Assembly: GCF_009914755.1 (NCBI RefSeq)
Contig: NC_060934.1
Source of the DNA: the human T2T-CHM13v2.0 reference genome, Homo sapiens
Length of the DNA stretch: 64,000 nt
Direction: 5' to 3' (one strand)
The notes under the pieces are model-generated. The model saw nothing but the letters and a program-made list of their open reading frames with translations, ran no database searches and was not told the DNA's origin. Of the stretch, positions 57,240 to 64,000 are shown piece by piece. The position numbers and the translations under genes are program-made. Within the stretch, counting starts at the first letter, position 1, and the number at the start of each line of letters is the position of its first letter.

Positions 57240-57360
57240 AAAGGAGCTTAGAGATTATCGGCCCAAGCACATCTCTTTGTGAATGAGAACACTGAGGCTC
57301 TGGAGGAGATGAAGTGACTTCTCCAGGCCACACAGGAAGGCATTGGCAGAACTATAACTT
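57240..57360 (-). mobile_element. MIR/MIR3 fragment
   Basis: TTAGAGATTATC...ATGAGAACACTGAGGCTC...AAGTGACTTCTCCAGGCCACACAG. Confidence 0.65.
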
Positions 57361-59924
57361 GGCCTTGCCAAGATGTGGCCTTTCAGTCCTTCCCAATGTT
57401 CTCACCCCAAGTTTCTCTTTCATGAGGCCCCAGAAGCTGCTTAGATTCAGACAGGCCACTAGAGGCTGATGCAGTCATCTGAGGCCATGGCATGTTACCT
57501 CTCAGAGCAGAAGGGAGAGGCTTCCCTCTGTGGAGGGGACTGAGAAGGCTACCCATGACTCTGAATCAAGAGTGGTTTTATAAGTCAAGCACTTTGTCTT
57601 CCTGCTCTTCAGAGAAGCTAAAACAAGAAATAACCAAAAGGAGACAATGTCTGGGTCAGCAACTGATTACATTTTTGATGTCACACTGCCTTCTGGGTTG
57701 GGAGAAGTTGAAAGACTTCATAGAATCACCCCCGCTCATCTTATTCTTGGTGAATACTCTTCACACAAATGTCCCAAGTGCCATGCTCATAGAGGGGTTG
57801 GTGCTTGGGTCATCAGTACCTTAGGCCATAGCAGTTCTCAGAAGACATTATCCAGAAGCAAAAAGCCATTATCTAGAAGCAAAGTTCAGGAATGAAGATT
57901 CGGTCTCTCATAGGTCCTGCTAACACTTATCTTTCTGGCAAAGGATAATGATAAAAAGACCGAACAGATGACAAAAAGAAAGCCTACATTCCAGATGGAT
58001 TGTGAGGGTTAGGGAGAAACTGGGCTGAAGCAAAATGCTTTAATTTTTGGGATATTGGTTATTTCCCCAGTTTTTACTTTAAATCTGTTGCTCCAGAAAT
58101 AAAAGGACACGCTAGGCTTTAGTTATATGAAAACATGATATTGGTTCTGTATGCTGAGAGGAGCCAGAGGTGGGTTGAGAGCCCAGCTCTGTGGTGATGG
58201 GCCTTGGAATCATGTCTCTGATGTTCTCATGTGAGAAGCAGATGAGTAGAGGTTGGTGGCAGAGTTAGTGAAATAGAGGCTGGCTCCCGCTTCCCACAGT
58301 GCTCAGGGACAAATGTGGAGTATATTAATAAATGCAGAGTCATTAATGCTTTCTGTGAGTGAAAAATAAGTGTGTGAAGAAAAGACTCCATTGTCATTGG
58401 ACTGTAAATGGTGAAAGGGTGGAAAATGAAACCAGGCTTGTGTTGCCCTCCTAGGATGGCTGTGATGACCCAGGCCACTTGGGGTTCCACATGAGCCCTG
58501 TGGAATGTGGGCTGGGCCACCTGCAGGTCAGGCTGTTCATGCTGTTGCCCTCACCTTCTCTACGGGTTTCAAAGTGAACCCTTGTGCAGGGAGGTGTGGC
58601 ACTCCCTGTGCCTTTGCTTCTCAAGCTGCTGAGTGACAGTGACAAGATGCTGGCTTTGGAGCAGGCACTACAGGTTCCTATGCGGAGAGCATCGGTGCTC
58701 AGGGAAGGGAAATCCACCCCTGTGCTCTTCACACCCAGACAGATGCTCACAGTTTCCAGGGATATACAGGGACATTTCTAAATCTGTCTTGGACGTCCAT
58801 TCACTTTATCTTTAGCCATGGAATGCTGACAAGTATTCAGTACGGTTGAGTGACCTTCTATAGGTCAGAGCAGGCTGTGTTCTGATTGAGTTTAGAAAAC
58901 TCATAACTCTGGCCAAGCCTTCAGTTGGTCAGGTGGATGGGGCTTTGTTAGGGGAGACTGCAGCCAGAGCCAGTGTCGCCCACCTTCCTTCTCCCTCCAC
59001 CTACCTGAGCTGCCAGTCCCTTCCCACTCCTCAAACAGGACTTCTCTGGTTTGTGAACACATTTTCTCCTCTTGGTGTGCAGAGCTTTTGGTTCCAGCCC
59101 TGTCAGATAGTGATGGCACAGACCCAGTGGTCTTTTAATCATAGCAATGGGCTCATTGCTTTGAACTTGCATAGTCTAAAAAAATAAATAAATAAAACAG
59201 GACCAGCAAGAACAGCTGGAAGAAATAGAAGGAACTTGAGTTTAAAAAGTTGGACACAGCGATGGATCCAGGCTCAGCTGGTCTCATTCCTCTGCCTGAA
59301 CAGCTTAGCAGACCAGATAACAAAGAATCCTTTTGCAGCTGTTTTTCTTCAAGTTAGAGAATTTTAGAGCCACAAAGGAAACTGGAGATTATCTTTACAG
59401 ATGAAGAATCTGATGTCCAAAGAAATTTTCCAAGGTTAAAGAGATATCTGTTGCCAGAGCCAAGATAAGAGCACAGCTTCTTCCAACACCTTAATTTTAT
59501 TGTTTTGTTTTGATTGTTTTCCTTTCAGTTAGCCCCCTAGGAAATGTTTATTGAGGACCTACTGTGCTCAAAGTTCTGGGCAGGCTTCTCTGGGTAAATC
59601 CTGAATTCAGGTGTGTACATCTGGTGAGGAAAACAGTAAACAAGAGTAAAATAAGACAGTCAGGCAAGAGAAGACAATGCCCAGAATCCAGTGACATTCA
59701 CACCAAGGCTTAAAGTGCAACAGAAAATGTGACAGCAGAGGAACCAGGAAAACCTTTCCGGAAGGAGCCCTGGGAAGAGCAGAATGGGTGCATTCACCAC
59801 CTCTCCTCACCTACTTTGGGATGCTCATTTGATTGAATTTGTAACAAACAAGGCCTTTGGGTCAGTCCTGCTTCTTCCACCAACCTAAGGGATGGTGGTC
59901 ATTGCTAAAGCTTCCTCTGAGCCA

Positions 59925-60072
59925 GTCCTTCGCCAAGTGGCTTTACCTGTTTATTTTATTTGGTCCTCATAACAACCATAAGGTAGGTTGTATCACTGAT
60001 TTTCAGATGAGGAAACTGAAGAGCAGGGAAGCTAGTGACTTATCGCAAGTCACTCACCTAGTCAGCGGCAAC
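59925..60072 (-). mobile_element. MIR fragment
   Basis: TCCTCATAACAACC...TTTTCAGATGAGGAAACTGAAG...AGTGACTTATCGCAAGTCAC. Confidence 0.8.
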
Positions 60073-61969
60073 TCTCTGTTATTGATGGGGCTTCACTTAC
60101 CCTTAGTGTGAAACAGAAGTGTCCTTGAGATCACATATGCCCAAAGACATTATCAAAACACAGACGTGTGGTGATGCAGGAAGCCTGAGAACCCTTGGCA
60201 TCTGTGCTTTTCACATGTAGAAGGAAGAATCTCATTGCTTGGACATGAGGGGATATAAGCAGCGGGTCAGGGCCCAGCATCACACTGAATAGAGCTCCAG
60301 GAGGCTCACAGGACCCTCATCAGAGGCTCTCTGTGTGTTTTATGGTTGATTGAGCTTTATGACCCCAAAGAATCCGTTATTTGTTTTCTTTATAGCAGGC
60401 CTCAAACACTGGGCTTTGCTTATTCTTTAAACTTACAATACTCATTGCATGACAGAATTATTTTTCATTTCTCTCTTTCTTTCAGAGCCTTGGAATCCCA
60501 TTAGGAAATTTCTAGTACAAGCATTTGTGGGAGATACTAGTACTCGGGTTGGGCATCTGGGAGAGATAGACAAGCTCTTATTACAGCATGGAGGATGGGG
60601 AGATTACCTGGCCAAGTATCATTTCAGGTTGTGGCAGAAAGAGATTAGCTCCAATTTATCACCGCTCACATTTTCCTCTTTTCCCCCGTTTTCTGAGTGT
60701 CATGGAAATGATATTTGTGAATCCCAGGGGCCTCTCACAGTGGTGTCAGTTTAGAGATCTTCCCAGATACATCTAAATGTGGACATAAAATGTAATGGGA
60801 AGAAATTGAAAAAATATCTGTTTCTCGATTCTTTATTACTGTGGAGTTAAGAAAGCTATTTCTCATGCCGTTTCATAAATTTGAATCCAAATGTATATGT
60901 TAATGTGTATTCAGATGGCTTTTGGATGATTCAAACATGCAGACTCTTTTTTTTAATAAAGTTTGTCAAATTTCTGGCAATTTAGAGATACATGTTTAGA
61001 CAATGTATATGTGCATACCTGCCATATGTACATACACTGTGTTGTCAAAATTGAGCCTAAGTGAACTATGATGAAAATTTAAAATAAGTAAGCTTATGAT
61101 GAATACTTAGTAGTTGAACTCAGTATTTGATTTGTAAAATATAAACATGAGTGAAATTAATTTTTGGCTGCTTAGTCCATTAATATTTTACCTAAATTAA
61201 ATTTGAATCTAACAAAGACAAACATACACATTTCTCTCCAGGTCTATTATTATCTCTGTGACACAAAAGCACAGAGGGAGAGTTCAGACTCTAAAAGAAA
61301 TGCAGTAGCAAGCCCCAAAGAGAATTTTTTTAAATTTCAGGGAAGGTTTTATGAGACAGGAAAGCTCAAAGACATATCTGTGACATTTAAATGTCTACCA
61401 TCAGCTTGTTTCCTAATATTGCCATTAGTTTTGCTAATTAGGGCCAATTACTTAATGCTTGCCTGGGTTGTGGTTGGGTTGAGGGTGCATGGTGGTTCAT
61501 GCACAATCTGTTCTTCTGATTCAAAAACACCATTCTCTCCTTGCACTGCTTGATCCTTAGCAGGGAAAGCGCCCAGTTAGAAGATGTGCCTAAACTAACA
61601 CAAAGGAAAGGTGTTGTCTCTGAAGTTTAGAAAGAATTCAGTGAGCTCCTAACCTCACTCAAGTGAGTTTGAACCACAGGACCAAGCTGGCTGAGTGATC
61701 TCAGGATTAGACAAGAAGATCAGGAGTGCTCCTTGATCCTCACTGCTGGCTGCAGGCTCTCAAAGTGCCACTGCGCCTGCACCCAGTGCTTCTGAGAGGT
61801 GCCAGCAGGGATGGATGGTAACAGTGGTAGTCCCCTGTGCTAAATGCAGGCGTATGGGTGGGGAATATCTTTTGGGGTTTCCCTCTAAATAGTGTCATAT
61901 CTGAAATCTCAGAAACAGAAGAACAGTCAGCATCATGTCTTCTGAACCAATGCTGATCAGGAAGGTTCT

Positions 61970-62090
61970 TTACGGCAGAGTTTTCGAACTGTAGGGTATA
62001 GAACGACCCCTTGGGGAAGTCTTTAAAAATCTTACCCATCACTCACCAGAAGTTCTGATTCCCAAGGTTGGGAGTAAAGTGTAGGAGCTC
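61970..62090 (+). mobile_element. Possible MER5-type hAT-Charlie fragment
   Basis: GCAGAGTTTTCGAACTGTAG...CTTTAAAAAT...CCAGAAGTTCTGATTC; weak resemblance only. Confidence 0.4.
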
Positions 62091-63369
62091 ACCTCACTCT
62101 TGGTTGCATCTCATGAGCTACATTCCTCAAGCTTAAGTAACTGACACTGTACATAGATCGTTAAGTTAAAGATACAAGAGCGATTAAGAATCCAGCATAA
62201 TCTGTAAGTCAGTGATACCAAGGGTATGGGAGGCAATGAGGGCAAAGAGAGTGGTGCAGTCTGGGAAGGCCTCTGGAAAGGTTTGGAACTTGAGCAAAGC
62301 TCATTGGCCATGTAAGATTTAGATAATATCAGGCAATAGTGAATGGGATGAGTCCTATCATTTGTGGACAAATTGACTAAACAATCACAATGCACATAAT
62401 TTCAAATGGCCAAATAAATAATCTTCATAGTCATGGTTCAGGGTGGGTAAAATATTGAGGGTATTACTTCTCACCCCAAAATGGCCTCCATTTCCCTAAT
62501 ACCCCATCTAGACCTGAAATAAGGTCAGCCCTCTTTTAGTTTCGCTGAGTTCAGTAGAACTGTCTGTAACTAGCTTTGCAACTGATCTTGTACAAGGCAA
62601 TTAACTTCACTTAGTCTGATTTCCCTCGTTTGTATAATGGGAGGGTTGTGGTGGATGATTTCAGATCCCTTTCACTCTAGCATTCCATTTGACCCAGTTA
62701 AATGCTTCTCATTATTACATGACTGGAAATAGGCCAGGTCAAATGATGCCCCTTCAAGCAGAACCATCAGATCCGGCTGTACACGGTAAAGATGGATATT
62801 AGACTGCTCAACTTATCATCATTAGTCCCGTAGTCTCATAATGGGAATGCACTATAGTTCATATCTGTCATAGTTAGTATTTGGAAGACTCAAAGCTGGT
62901 GAGATTATTCACATATTTATTCCTGTGTACCGCATATGCCACCCCACGTCTCCCCTTCATCATGTGTCTATGACAATATATTGAACAGAAAATCTCCATC
63001 AGCTGACTCTGACAGAGTGTATTATTTACAGTGGTGTCAAAATGTGCTGCTTATAATTGACTGGGCTCATAATAAACCAACCTAAGAATCTTTTCTTCTC
63101 ATATTCCTTCTTACTGGTAAATCTTCCGCTTGCATTCCTTCCTTCCATCAACACCTTCTTCATTATTTACAGAGGAGGGAACACACACCAGATGGTGCAT
63201 GAGTGATATTGTAGGGTGACTCTTTCATCTTGGGAAGGCCTCTCTCTCTTCTCTCTCTTTCTCTCTGACTTAAGATTTTGCTGTGGTAATTAAGGGTGAG
63301 AGAAATCAAGTCAATTGGACTTAGTTTCTAAAGCAAACAGAATACACTTCTCCATTTCTCTGAGCTTCA

Positions 63370-63580
63370 GGAGACAATGTGGGGTGACACTAATAGTTGC
63401 ATGGGCAATTTCATTTTTTATCCTCATGTTTTCACTTACTATCTGTGAAACCTCGAGAAAATTACTGACCTTCTATGTGCCACGGTTATGTCATCTGTAA
63501 AATGGGGATACTGATAGTATCTAACCCATAGGAATGTTGGGACTGTTAAACAAGTAATGCACATAAAGGGCTAAACCCAA
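63370..63580 (+). mobile_element. MIR SINE
   Basis: CACTTACTATCTGTGAAACCTCG...TCATCTGTAAAATGGGGATACTGATAGTATCTA. Confidence 0.8.
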
Positions 63581-64000
63581 ACTAAGAACAACAACAAATA
63601 CACCTAGGCCAAGGCACACATAAAGTACGGTCATTCATGTTCCCCATTCATCAATAGAGAGCCCCCTAAAATGTTCCTGTACCAGAATGTGTTTGGAATT
63701 GCACAGGGGGAGTGGCAGCCTTTCCAGCCCCCATCCAGCAGGATGTGGATGTGCGAGGCTCTGCCCCCCTCTCCTCTCCCCAGCTGTGTACCTCCTCTTG
63801 TTCTTCTTTCAAAGACTCATTACACTTGGCATACACATGAGATTCTTACCTAGCCTGAGGAAGATTTCCAATTTTTATTTTGTGGCTCCAATAATCATAG
63901 GTATTAAGTATGACTGCCTCTCCTAGGCTAACCTGCAAAAGCCAGAGGCTGGGTTTCTGTGGCACCGTGCTCACTGAAGCAGTATTTTCCTAGTCATAGC

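Noticed and set aside
58584-58781. 65-aa ORF with protein-like composition in unique sequence
   Set aside because: No recognisable homology, non-ATG start and no convincing splice-site pair.

Overview
Human genomic DNA (a near-consensus, human-lineage AluYb element is present). It is AT-rich, non-coding (intronic or intergenic) and repeat-rich: L1, Alu, L2, MIR, MaLR solo LTRs and DNA-transposon MITEs. I recognise no protein-coding exon, RNA gene, CpG island or CRISPR array. Every ORF with recognisable homology is an L1 ORF2 remnant or an Alu translation. I see no previously undescribed biological system. The most informative structures are: (1) a 5'-truncated L1PA with an apparent ~200 bp 3' transduction, defined by a target-site duplication (TSD) that lies outside a second poly(A) tail; (2) a very young AluYb8-type insertion; (3) a piggyBac-derived MER85 that keeps the CSB-PGBD3 palindrome; (4) four short inverted-repeat scars typical of template switching; (5) an inverted Alu pair 65 bp apart; (6) one candidate + strand exon. 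Subfamily names come from remembered consensus diagnostics, not a search. Boundaries of old repeats (L2, MIR, L1M) are approximate.
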